This document shows, in pieces, positions 37,073 through 45,257 of a DNA stretch of 64,000 bases. Under the pieces are notes generated by a model. It worked only from the letters and a program-made list of their open reading frames with translations. It did no database searches and had not been told where the DNA came from. This DNA is from Escherichia phage vB_EcoP-101114UKE3. Location of the stretch: sequence record NC_070982.1, one strand, 5' to 3'. The translations under genes were made by a program, and so were the position numbers. Position 1 is the stretch's first letter, and each line of letters starts with the position of its first letter.

Positions 37073-37465
37073 TCATCGTATCACCAGAGGCTCTTCAGAG
37101 TACACAGGAGAGGTTATTTCTACCGGAGGTGCTGCTCTAAGGTCATTAAGCCTTACGCCCTTCAGCATACCATCTAGGTGGTCCATTTTAGGGATACCTA
37201 CAGGGAAGTCATCAATCCAAACATCCACAAAGAAACCCAAGCTCTGAGTGACGGAATCCTTCTGAACACCATTGCAAAAGATAACAGGAATATCTAGACT
37301 TGCTGCATCTGCTAGAAGCTCCTCATTTGAATACCCATTAGGTTGAGCAAAACGATAGGTGACAATACGTACATCATGTCCACGAGATTTCATAAGACCT
37401 ACAATGTGGGTCCACATCTCTTTGTCCACTGTAAAAGTGTCATCATAATCTAAACCAATATTCAT
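37073..37465 (-). CDS. HAD-like hydrolase, possible nucleotidase (130 aa)
   Basis: N-terminal motif I IGLDYDDTFT (DxDxT). Confidence 0.45.
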   Translation of the reverse strand: MNIGLDYDDTFTVDKEMWTHIVGLMKSRGHDVRIVTYRFAQPNGYSNEELLADAASLDIPVIFCNGVQKDSVTQSLGFFVDVWIDDFPVGIPKMDHLDGMLKGVRLNDLRAAPPVEITSPVYSEEPLVIR

Positions 37466-37487
37466 ATTAGCCTCTTAGACAAGAAAA

Positions 37488-37503
37488 GCCACCCGAAGGT
37501 AGC
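37488..37503 (-). terminator. Terminator hairpin with UUCG loop (minus strand)
   Basis: Minus-strand RNA reads GCUACC-UUCG-GGUGGC followed by UUUUCUU; abuts the stop of 37504..37749. Confidence 0.45.
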
Positions 37504-37749
37504 TTATTTATTCTGTGTTTCCAGTTCGCTGATACGAACTTTCAAACCGTTAATCTCAGCCTGAGCAGCTTCTAGTTTAATTAGAGCTTCTTCAGCGTCA
37601 GCTTCTGTTTGAAGAACCGCAGTGGTTAGTTCGTATAAAGCTTGGCGGAGAGAATCTTTTCCCATAGCATGAATCTGTGCAACAAAGAATTGCTTACCTT
37701 CCGTGGTTTCCAAAGTCTCTTTTAATTCTTTAGATGTTAAAGTCATCAT
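37504..37749 (-). CDS. Coiled-coil hypothetical protein (81 aa)
   Basis: ORF followed by a terminator. Confidence 0.45.
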   Translation of the reverse strand: MMTLTSKELKETLETTEGKQFFVAQIHAMGKDSLRQALYELTTAVLQTEADAEEALIKLEAAQAEINGLKVRISELETQNK

Positions 37750-37916
37750 TACTCCCTTTCATAAATTTTAAGAACTGTACCGCCATCTGCTTCAATCTGA
37801 GCAACTACTTCATCGCGCTCTTCATCAGAATAAACCAGTTGGTTGTGAAATTTGCCTGTACTATCTTGGAAATACACATTCCATTTTGGAGCAGGTTTAC
37901 GAATCAAATCCATCAT
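37749..37916 (-). CDS. Small hypothetical protein (55 aa)
   Basis: ATG at 37916 with GAGAGGAG RBS; stop overlaps the next ATG; below the ORF-track cutoff. Confidence 0.35.
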   Translation of the reverse strand: MMDLIRKPAPKWNVYFQDSTGKFHNQLVYSDEERDEVVAQIEADGGTVLKIYERE

Positions 37917-38128
37917 TGATCTTTCTCCTCTCGTTCAACCCATGTATGGAAAAGCTCCCCATACACTTTGGCATCATCAAAACGTCCTTCTTCCTGTGCG
38001 AGTTTTTGTTGCTTCAAGCACCATTCAGAACTTTTTACTTCTTCCACTTCCTTGTCTCCTTAAAAAGAACTAATCAATAAGACTAGTTCATTTCATAATA
38101 CGATTCAGCTCTTCCACTGAACTAATCA

Positions 38129-38440
38129 CTACTTCTCCACCACAAAGAGGTTAACTTCAATGAAAGTTTCGTATTGTGTTGACTCCTGCTTACGGGTGTA
38201 GTAGAAATGACGACCTTCTAATGCACCTCCGTACTGAGTGGCACATCTTTTAACCATCTCTTTTATCACATCTACAACTGATTCGCCTTTCCACGGACGT
38301 AACCCCTGAGTTGGGACTTTTGCTGTACAGGTTACTTGTGTGTAACCTACATCTTGTAGAGATATCTCAAGAATCAGCTTTGCCCAAGCATCAAAATTAA
38401 GCTTGGGGTTATATTTAACTTCAGTTTTGATATCAATCAT
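38129..38440 (-). CDS. Hypothetical protein (103 aa)
   Basis: Start overlaps the DNA polymerase stop. Confidence 0.45.
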   Translation of the reverse strand: MIDIKTEVKYNPKLNFDAWAKLILEISLQDVGYTQVTCTAKVPTQGLRPWKGESVVDVIKEMVKRCATQYGGALEGRHFYYTRKQESTQYETFIEVNLFVVEK

Positions 38441-40284
38441 TAGTGAGTATGATTCCAGTTTAATCCAATCTTACAATCTGATGCAAGAGGACATTCCATC
38501 TTGAGGTATTCCCCTGCTTTACGAACACATTCTTCAGTGAGGGTACGAAGTTTGTTAACATCATCACGATGTACAGTGAACTGTCCTTCATCATGCATGT
38601 CAATAACCTTCGCACAACGAACACCATCCCGCTCAATCCATTTATTGAGGAATAGCATTGCATACTTCATAACAATCGCCCCAGCGCTCTGTAAGAGTGT
38701 ATTTAAGGCTTTATGGACCATAACCTTTCCAGTTGCATCTCTTCTCATTGTAATACGACGTCCATCCACACCGTAGATATATCCACTTTGCGCTTTCTCT
38801 GTCATACGTTCAATAAGGATTGCAATACAAGGGTTCTCTGCTAAGAATCTTGCTCTCATGATAGCCCCTTCGTCAGAGCCACCACCTACAATACTTCCTA
38901 ACTTAGCGTCACCTGCCCCATAGTTAAAGGCATAGATAAACGTTTTAGCATTATCACGAGTAGGAAGGCCAGCAAGTTTTTGGTTATGTGAGTGAATATC
39001 TCCTTCTAAAAGAATATCTCTATACATAACAGCAGAAGCTAGACCACGTTCAGCTTCTCGTTTCTTAGCCGGGTTGTTTTCTCGCTCTGCTTCAGCGAGC
39101 ATCTCACGACATTCTTTAATAAGGTAGTGAGCTAGCATCCTCAGCTCAAGACCAGAGCCATCGTAACCTAAGAAGATTTCACGACCAGCAGGAACATAGA
39201 ACTTATAGGCACCTACGGGTTTGTCTTTCTTGCCCGGTTTTCCCACTTCGTAGATAATGTTAGTACCCTTTCGTACGTAACACCCATCAGGGATATGGTT
39301 GGTAATGATGAAAGGATGGTTATGACTATCGTCTGAGGAATAGTCAGATTGAAAAAGACTGCGGCACTCGTGACCAAACAAACCGCGAGAAGGAATATTA
39401 ACAACAATGCGATGTTTAAAACGAAATGTCGGAGTAGCGCAGCTATTAGCTTCGGCGGACAACTTACCATCTTTACGTTCCTTGTCGATAAGCCCGCTAA
39501 TCAAACCTAGCCTGTGAGCCGCTACAACGCGTCTCTTAAGCAAACTTCCTACACCCCCTAGCTCACCCCCAAGCCCCTCTTCAAGAGTCTCCTCAAGGTT
39601 TGTAGGGGCTGTGGGCCACTTGTTTGATGTAGCCAAAGCTTTTTTGATTTCATCAAAGGTTACAGGTTTCTTCCTATTCGGATTAAGACCTAAACCACTG
39701 ACGTAGGCTTTCATGTAGTTGACAGTGTGATAACGGAAATGTTTATCCAAAAATCTTCGGATATCAGCATCTATCATCTCCGCTGTCTGTTTCTCTTTAG
39801 CATTACCTCGAATCCAAGCAGAATACCATGCAGAGTATGTACCATACTTCTTCATAGCTCTACGGATTTCAAATGTATTCCAAGGTTTCTTAGAATAATT
39901 CCACTCTGGAGGTATGAAGCCCTCATCCATCAAGGCTTCTTTAATACGTGCATCTTTCGATGGGTCGAAGTCTACATACTCAACGCAAGTAAACGCCCCA
40001 CCGATATCTTCTCTTTTAAGACCAACCCTATCGCAATAGAGCTGAGGCCACTTCTGTAAAGCACCTGATTTCTTAAAAGGCTTAGCATAAGTTGAACCAT
40101 CCACCCGCATTTTAGGGAGGAGAGGAATCAGTTCTTTATCAATATTGACAATAATCTCTTTGAGAAGGTGAACAAACCACCGAGCGTTTCTTCTGTTGAA
40201 GTTGACTCCATGCTTCGCTTGTTTTGAGATTATATCAGCGACTGTCATCTCCGTTATGAAAGGTAACTTATCAGGGTTATCCAT
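38440..40284 (-). CDS. DNA polymerase, family A, polymerase domain only (614 aa)
   Basis: Motif A DGSGLELR, motif B RDNAKTFIYAFNYGAG, motif C IDMHDEGQ; ATG at 40284 with AAGGAG RBS; no 3'-5' exonuclease domain in this ORF. Confidence 0.8.
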   Translation of the reverse strand: MDNPDKLPFITEMTVADIISKQAKHGVNFNRRNARWFVHLLKEIIVNIDKELIPLLPKMRVDGSTYAKPFKKSGALQKWPQLYCDRVGLKREDIGGAFTCVEYVDFDPSKDARIKEALMDEGFIPPEWNYSKKPWNTFEIRRAMKKYGTYSAWYSAWIRGNAKEKQTAEMIDADIRRFLDKHFRYHTVNYMKAYVSGLGLNPNRKKPVTFDEIKKALATSNKWPTAPTNLEETLEEGLGGELGGVGSLLKRRVVAAHRLGLISGLIDKERKDGKLSAEANSCATPTFRFKHRIVVNIPSRGLFGHECRSLFQSDYSSDDSHNHPFIITNHIPDGCYVRKGTNIIYEVGKPGKKDKPVGAYKFYVPAGREIFLGYDGSGLELRMLAHYLIKECREMLAEAERENNPAKKREAERGLASAVMYRDILLEGDIHSHNQKLAGLPTRDNAKTFIYAFNYGAGDAKLGSIVGGGSDEGAIMRARFLAENPCIAILIERMTEKAQSGYIYGVDGRRITMRRDATGKVMVHKALNTLLQSAGAIVMKYAMLFLNKWIERDGVRCAKVIDMHDEGQFTVHRDDVNKLRTLTEECVRKAGEYLKMECPLASDCKIGLNWNHTH

Positions 40285-40300
40285 CACCCACTCCTTATAG

Positions 40301-40654
40301 TTATTGGTATATTAAGTCTGTGAATGCTTGGTTGTCTTCAACAATATCTAAAGCTTCATATGAATCAGACAATTCATCCACATAAAAGACTGCTGGAATA
40401 TCTTCTGCTCGCTGTCTACGAGATTCCCTTTGTTCATTGATATTTCTTTGAACCTGTGCAAGTTTCATACCCCACACCTGCTCATACAACTCTGGATATT
40501 TGTCACTAACCACTACATAATTTCGAGCTGGTTGGTTTCTATTAATCTTCGCTGTCAACTCAATAAACTGGCGAAACTCTTGAATAGAGAGGTTGTCATG
40601 AATATTATCCCATTTGAGAACGCAGTGACGTTCTAGGCATTGAGGTACTGGCAT
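40301..40654 (-). CDS. Hypothetical protein (117 aa)
   Basis: RBS GTGGAG. Confidence 0.45.
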   Translation of the reverse strand: MPVPQCLERHCVLKWDNIHDNLSIQEFRQFIELTAKINRNQPARNYVVVSDKYPELYEQVWGMKLAQVQRNINEQRESRRQRAEDIPAVFYVDELSDSYEALDIVEDNQAFTDLIYQ

Positions 40655-40657
40655 AAC

Positions 40658-40915
40658 TTACTCCACTGTCGGGAATGGTTTTAGGTTGTTCATGGCTGTA
40701 CGAACATCAGCACAGATTTCAGGATCACGATAAGAGAGGAATTTACCATCCTTACCACGAATCATTACATTAGTCCGTGATGTTTTATTAGGCAATAAAG
40801 AAATCCCTCCAATAAGATGGTTGGTAGGGTGTTGTCCTTGATTAACCTTGTAGTCATGAGTCTGAGCGTCACCATTAAAGAGATGATCACGAATTTGGAT
40901 TAAGCTAATCTTCAT
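40658..40915 (-). CDS. Small hypothetical protein (85 aa), tandem paralog of 40917..41168
   Basis: ATG at 40915 coupled to the upstream stop (TAATATG); shared RTNV-x-RG-x-DGKF-x-S-x-RD...NLKPFP motif. Confidence 0.45.
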   Translation of the reverse strand: MKISLIQIRDHLFNGDAQTHDYKVNQGQHPTNHLIGGISLLPNKTSRTNVMIRGKDGKFLSYRDPEICADVRTAMNNLKPFPTVE

Positions 40916-40916
40916 A

Positions 40917-41168
40917 TTATGCACCAAAGTTAGGGAAAGGTTTCAGATTTTCAATAGACTTAGCAATACGCTTAGGAACAGCCTTATCACGGAAGGAGAT
41001 GAACTTTCCATCAGGACCACGAAGGGCTACATTAGTACGAGCTGTTGTTTTGTTAAACTGAATCATCTCAACAGAGCTTGTAACATTTTCTACAGGAAAA
41101 GTATAGCTCTCAGTTGTGTTCAGAGAAGGGAGGAAATCAGTTACAGTGATGTAAGTTACTTTAGACAT
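40917..41168 (-). CDS. Small hypothetical protein (83 aa), tandem paralog of 40658..40915
   Basis: ATG at 41168 with AAGGT RBS; the ORF-track start at 41204 lies inside the terminator hairpin. Confidence 0.45.
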   Translation of the reverse strand: MSKVTYITVTDFLPSLNTTESYTFPVENVTSSVEMIQFNKTTARTNVALRGPDGKFISFRDKAVPKRIAKSIENLKPFPNFGA

Positions 41169-41198
41169 ATTTATTACCTTAGGTTCTATAAAAGAAAA

Positions 41199-41220
41199 GG
41201 CCACCCGAAATGGGTAGCCT
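41199..41220 (-). terminator. Rho-independent terminator (minus strand)
   Basis: Minus-strand RNA reads GGCUACCC-AUUUC-GGGUGGCC followed by UUUUCUUUU. Confidence 0.45.
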
Positions 41221-41224
41221 TATA

Positions 41225-41539
41225 TCAACTTGAGCTTAAAGCTCCTTTGCGACCGCCTGCTGATTTTCCAGCACGATCTCCACTTTTGCCGCCGTTCGAG
41301 CGATTTCGAGAGACTGATTCAACACGTAAGTTACTTGACGCATTAGAACCTCCCGACTTGATTGATCGTTTGTGTCCAACATCTTTACCTCGGACAGCAG
41401 CTTTTCCATCGCGCTTTTCAACGATGCGACGTGCACGGTGGCGCTGAGCATCTCCGCTCTTGCTACCAACGCCGGTCTCACCCCTTGCGATTGCAGTTCT
41501 TCGTTCTTGTGCATAATCACGTTTCGCCTTATCGGTCAT
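41225..41539 (-). CDS. Highly basic low-complexity R/K/G/S-rich protein (about 104 aa), candidate nucleic-acid binder
   Basis: Strong AAGGAG RBS, its own TAATGTATA element and terminator; local GC is visibly higher and an alternative-frame ORF 41236..41520 is also open. Confidence 0.4.
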   Translation of the reverse strand: MTDKAKRDYAQERRTAIARGETGVGSKSGDAQRHRARRIVEKRDGKAAVRGKDVGHKRSIKSGGSNASSNLRVESVSRNRSNGGKSGDRAGKSAGGRKGALSSS

Positions 41540-41574
41540 CATAACTCCTTAATATATCAGTGTACACTAAGGAG

Positions 41575-41583
41575 TATACATTA
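41575..41583 (-). promoter_or_regulatory. Candidate promoter element TAATGTATA upstream of the basic-protein gene
   Basis: Minus strand reads CATAATGTATACTCC about 35 nt upstream of the ATG; overlaps an 8-bp inverted repeat ACTCCTTA / TAAGGAGT that includes the RBS. Confidence 0.35.
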
Positions 41584-41586
41584 TGT

Positions 41587-42324
41587 TTATGATTTTTCAG
41601 ATTCCATTGCTTTAACAATAGCTTTACAGAAACCTGAACGAACAATATCATCCGATTCGCCATCTACTAGAGCGGCAAATTCAAATAACTGGTGACGGTA
41701 GATGAAATCAGTAGCCCAATCAAGACCGCTCTCACCACGCATGTCGTGCTGGTTAGTGTCCCCCATGCAGAACATCTGAGAGGTTTCACCAAGACGTGTC
41801 ATGATTGAATATGCTTCATCAGGAGTAGTGTTCTGGAACTCATCAACAATCACGATAGCATCGTTGAACGAGCGACCACGTAGATATTCCAGAGGTACGA
41901 ACTCAATATTACCATTACCTACTTGACATTCGTAGAAACCTTTACCGTAGCGCTGAGTAATAACATCAACGATTGGCATTAGGTATGGTTCAAACTTCTC
42001 ACGAAGCCCACCGGGAAGTAATCCAAGACTATTACCCATACCAACAGCAGGTCGGCTTAGGATAATCTTCTCAATCTTCCCACTCTTCAGAGCATCAATC
42101 ACTGTAGAAGTGATTACGAAGGTCTTACCACAACCAGCAGGAGCATCTGTGAATACAACCTGTTTGGTTTTAATTGCATCAAGCAGCTCACTCTGGAATT
42201 GGTTCTGAGGTACTACCGGCTTAGCAAGAACTACTTCTTCAAATTCCCGCTTTCCTTTCTTGGTGACGAGAGCTTCACGACGTAATTCTCTCCGTGATGC
42301 TTTCCGAGATTCTCTACGACTCAT
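41587..42324 (-). CDS. phoH: PhoH-like ATPase (245 aa)
   Basis: Walker A-containing FTDAPAGCGKTF and PhoH-like downstream blocks; RBS GGAGG. Confidence 0.8.
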   Translation of the reverse strand: MSRRESRKASRRELRREALVTKKGKREFEEVVLAKPVVPQNQFQSELLDAIKTKQVVFTDAPAGCGKTFVITSTVIDALKSGKIEKIILSRPAVGMGNSLGLLPGGLREKFEPYLMPIVDVITQRYGKGFYECQVGNGNIEFVPLEYLRGRSFNDAIVIVDEFQNTTPDEAYSIMTRLGETSQMFCMGDTNQHDMRGESGLDWATDFIYRHQLFEFAALVDGESDDIVRSGFCKAIVKAMESEKS

Positions 42325-42502
42325 TTCCTACCTCCGTGTTCTTCATATAAGAAGCTACAGGATTTACACTCTGAGCAATGGATACCTATAACCTTAATTT
42401 CGACAAACTTCTTATTCTTCCCTTTAGTCGGGGAGCCTTTGGCAAGCTCCCGTATTACTTTCGAGTCCAAATGGAGAAGAGTTGATTCACATTTAAAACA
42501 TT

Positions 42503-42823
42503 TCAGATTGATTTGTCCTTATGTAAACGGTATACTTCAGTAGCCATACAAGCTATACGCTCGTCATGTGGGAGATGCATACCAGTAGAGCCGTTCCATC
42601 CTTCGAACTCTGAATCAAAGAATCCAATAGGCTCGGGATACATCTCTTGCAAGGTGGTTAAGTCATCAGCCACTTGTTGCCACTTATCGTCAGACCAGAT
42701 TGGGTCATCCAACCAATAATACAAATAGGAGTGGATAAGCATCTGTGTTCTATGTCGTTTAATCACTTCAGCAGGACTGATTTCATTTCCGTTACCAGTC
42801 CTAAATGTATTATTGTTGATCAT
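42503..42823 (-). CDS. Small protein resembling the N-terminal Ia domain of NAD-dependent DNA ligase (106 aa)
   Basis: YLYYWLDDPIWSDDKWQQVADDLTTLQEMYPE parallels the LigA pattern YLYHV-D-P-I-D-EYD-L...LE-HPEL; no KxDG adenylation motif. Confidence 0.35.
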   Translation of the reverse strand: MINNNTFRTGNGNEISPAEVIKRHRTQMLIHSYLYYWLDDPIWSDDKWQQVADDLTTLQEMYPEPIGFFDSEFEGWNGSTGMHLPHDERIACMATEVYRLHKDKSI

Positions 42824-43299
42824 TCCAAAACCCTTTCTTCTAAATCATAAAAGATTTGATTTGTCCCATTATTCTCAACAAGCACTGTTCCATTATCTAG
42901 CAGGGTAGCAACTTGGGAATAAGGAATGTTCTTTAACATCAGAGCATTAATGGTCGGCTTGTTTTTGAAGTAAGCGACAGGCTCAACATAGAAGGAAATC
43001 CCACGACTTCCTTTAATTGGGGTGCTTGAAGATAGAACCCAAATTGTTTCTGGCTTGTCTATTTCCTTTTCAACACCAACCTCAACAAGAGAGTCAGCAG
43101 CGAAACCTACAGGACGCCTAGAAGAACCAAGCAACCGAACATATCCCGGTAATTTTGACATATTAGACCAACTACCAGTGTTTTCATTAAACACAGGTCT
43201 TACATCACCATATGCCCAAACCAGATTATCATAGTCACGGGCTATGTATTTAACCCAATCAGGAACATCATACTCCCTTCCTTCAAAAATAGCTTTCAT
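42820..43299 (-). CDS. Hypothetical protein (159 aa)
   Basis: RBS AAGGT. Confidence 0.45.
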   Translation of the reverse strand: MKAIFEGREYDVPDWVKYIARDYDNLVWAYGDVRPVFNENTGSWSNMSKLPGYVRLLGSSRRPVGFAADSLVEVGVEKEIDKPETIWVLSSSTPIKGSRGISFYVEPVAYFKNKPTINALMLKNIPYSQVATLLDNGTVLVENNGTNQIFYDLEERVLE

Positions 43300-43494
43300 T
43301 TAGATAACCTTGTGCTTATAGATGTTAGGGTTGTAGTAATGCAACCAGTTTATGTATTGTTTCTGTTCAAGGTAGTGTCTGCAATCATGACAAAAAGCAT
43401 GACCCAAACCTGTTTCCTCGTTCAGCTTGAAGTTGATAAGAAGCTTCTGCTTTTGACAGAAGCTACATGCTTTAGTGGGCTTCACGTAATGCAT
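43300..43494 (-). CDS. Small Cys/His-rich protein, possible zinc ribbon (about 64 aa)
   Basis: C-x2-C ... C-x2-C pattern; start uncertain because the ORF-track frame overlaps the ThyX-like 3' end and the RBS is weak. Confidence 0.25.
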   Translation of the reverse strand: MHYVKPTKACSFCQKQKLLINFKLNEETGLGHAFCHDCRHYLEQKQYINWLHYYNPNIYKHKVI

Positions 43495-44122
43495 CCCATG
43501 AGATTGGGAAAAGTTTACGAAGCTCTTCATCAACAGTTGATGCGAACACTCGTACTTCATACTGAGCATGGTCGGACAGTCGCTGACGACATAACTCTGA
43601 CCAGCCATATAAAGAACCTGTCCACACCCACTCAGTGATCATACCTTGAGGTAGAACGAATCGGGCTTGCTCTGGAGCAATAAACTTAATCAACTCATCA
43701 TATGACTCAAGAGCTGTTTCATATGCCCGATTAATCAGAACTAGTGCAGAGTTTTGCGCTCCCGTGGTGAGGAGATTCCCCGCACCTGCATGGAGGTCCG
43801 AAGGTCTTTCAAAAATCTCTTTAGGGATGAAGAGTTCAACTGCTCCATCTTTATACCGCCGGGACATTTCGTTCCACGAGAATCCAACTTGATGCTTGCC
43901 CAGCTGTCTCGCAATTGCGATTGGCGCTTTGCATCGGAAGCTAATTGTCGGATGGCGGAATGGTGTGACATGCTTTTCTCTGGCAAGGAACTTGATAAGG
44001 CGTTCATCTCGTTCATTTAACTCTCCTTCACGAGTAACCCCAAAGGAAACTCGAGCTGCATTAACAACAGATTTATCAGAACCCATTGCTTCAATTAGTG
44101 TTGCTTGTAATTGTTCGTTCAT
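43472..44122 (-). CDS. thyX: ThyX-like flavin-dependent thymidylate synthase homolog (216 aa), divergent
   Basis: ARVSFG, ARQ...NE-S-RRY and LPQG-x-T blocks fit the ThyX fold, but the RHR signature position reads KHQ. Confidence 0.5.
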   Translation of the reverse strand: MNEQLQATLIEAMGSDKSVVNAARVSFGVTREGELNERDERLIKFLAREKHVTPFRHPTISFRCKAPIAIARQLGKHQVGFSWNEMSRRYKDGAVELFIPKEIFERPSDLHAGAGNLLTTGAQNSALVLINRAYETALESYDELIKFIAPEQARFVLPQGMITEWVWTGSLYGWSELCRQRLSDHAQYEVRVFASTVDEELRKLFPISWDALREAH

Positions 44123-44136
44123 CCTTGAATTCTTCC

Positions 44137-44352
44137 TTAGTAATGAATCTTTTTATAAATCAGGTTGCTTCCACTTTCTGTTTCAATCCCTTTCTGGATT
44201 GTAATCTTAGAAGCACCGGTATTAGCAATTTTTAAAGCTCGTTTAAAGCGGCGAGCCTCTCTCCGTGTTGTGTATGAGGAGAAGCTAGGGATTGTACTAT
44301 CAAAATTAAACCACTTAACTACCCAAAAAGTAATCCAAGGTTTCTTTTCCAT
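44137..44352 (-). CDS. Small hypothetical protein (71 aa), member of a three-gene paralog family
   Basis: Shares W-x-W...TRREAR...KITI-x-K...Y-x-K-x-HY with 46217..46432 and 46432..46629. Confidence 0.45.
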   Translation of the reverse strand: MEKKPWITFWVVKWFNFDSTIPSFSSYTTRREARRFKRALKIANTGASKITIQKGIETESGSNLIYKKIHY

Positions 44353-44353
44353 A

Positions 44354-44629
44354 TTAAATACCTTTCAGAGCTGTATCTAAAAACGCACGGAGGTTTGATT
44401 CAGTTTGCATACCGGACAAGCTGTAGTGAGCACCACTGTTCATGTTAGGAACCACAAAGGCTGGGATACTGCGAACACCATATTCAATGGCTCGCTCTCG
44501 ACCATTACCTTCAGAGATATTTACTTCTTCAACTTCTACGTTGTAATCAGCTACAACTTTCTTAAACACAGGAGCCATAGCTGCACACGGAGCACAGGAA
44601 TTACTATAAAACTTAATTACTTTACTCAT
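44354..44629 (-). CDS. Thioredoxin-like protein with CAPC active site (91 aa)
   Basis: FYSNSCAPCAAMAPVFKKV resembles the thioredoxin WCGPC region; ATG at 44629 with AAGGA RBS. Confidence 0.6.
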   Translation of the reverse strand: MSKVIKFYSNSCAPCAAMAPVFKKVVADYNVEVEEVNISEGNGRERAIEYGVRSIPAFVVPNMNSGAHYSLSGMQTESNLRAFLDTALKGI

Positions 44630-44819
44630 TTTATTCCTTGTTAATAAACAGATTGATATGACGTTGGGTAGCAGGAACAACAATAAAAGATTTATACTGA
44701 CCTTTTGCTAAGTCATGAGCAATCTTCTTTGTCTGACTAAGACCCATTACACAGCCACTAACAATAATAGCATGTGCTTGTAGCTCTTCAGGTAGGTTTA
44801 GTTTCACTCTTTGGGTTCC

Positions 44820-45005
44820 TTATAGCATACAAAGAATAATAACAAGAGGTAGTGTTATAGCAAAATGTACCAGAACAACACTACCTAGCTTGATAGCTTT
44901 AACATCCTCTTCTGCTGGGTTTTCTTTAATTGCTAAATTTCGAGCTTTATATATAACAGTACCAACTATTAACGACCACACGGCCCACACAATCAGTGAA
45001 ATCAT
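44820..45005 (-). CDS. Small two-TM membrane protein (61 aa), tandem paralog of 45015..45194
   Basis: Two hydrophobic helices flanking a KENP-containing loop. Confidence 0.4.
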   Translation of the reverse strand: MISLIVWAVWSLIVGTVIYKARNLAIKENPAEEDVKAIKLGSVVLVHFAITLPLVIILCML

Positions 45006-45014
45006 ATCAAACCC

Positions 45015-45194
45015 TTATGCAGTCAACAGGTGGAGAAGGAAAGGAATGACAACAGAGAAGACTACCAGAGCAATGCTGCCATGTTTAATGGGTTTAGCGT
45101 CATTCGGGTTCTCTTTAAGCATCTGTTTCTGAGCTACATAAACGATACCGCCAACAAAAATTGCCCATACAGACCATACGATTGCTGAAAACAT
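45015..45194 (-). CDS. Small two-TM membrane protein (59 aa), tandem paralog of 44820..45005
   Basis: ATG at 45194 with AAGGA RBS; same helix-LKENP-helix layout. Confidence 0.4.
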   Translation of the reverse strand: MFSAIVWSVWAIFVGGIVYVAQKQMLKENPNDAKPIKHGSIALVVFSVVIPFLLHLLTA

Positions 45195-45257
45195 ACTCAT
45201 ATCCTTATAAAGAAGTTCGCCCCACCTCTTGAACAAAGAGACAGGGCGGAGGTTTGA

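Noticed and set aside
41236-41520. Alternative-frame 94-aa ORF overlapping the basic-protein gene
   Set aside because: It has no convincing RBS, whereas the basic-protein frame has a strong AAGGAG and its own promoter element and terminator. Not excluded, so it is noted under findings.
42441-42470. TTCGAGTCC, resembling a tRNA T-loop, in the PhoH-upstream intergenic region
   Set aside because: No complementary T-stem, acceptor stem or anticodon arm could be drawn around it; no tRNA is called.
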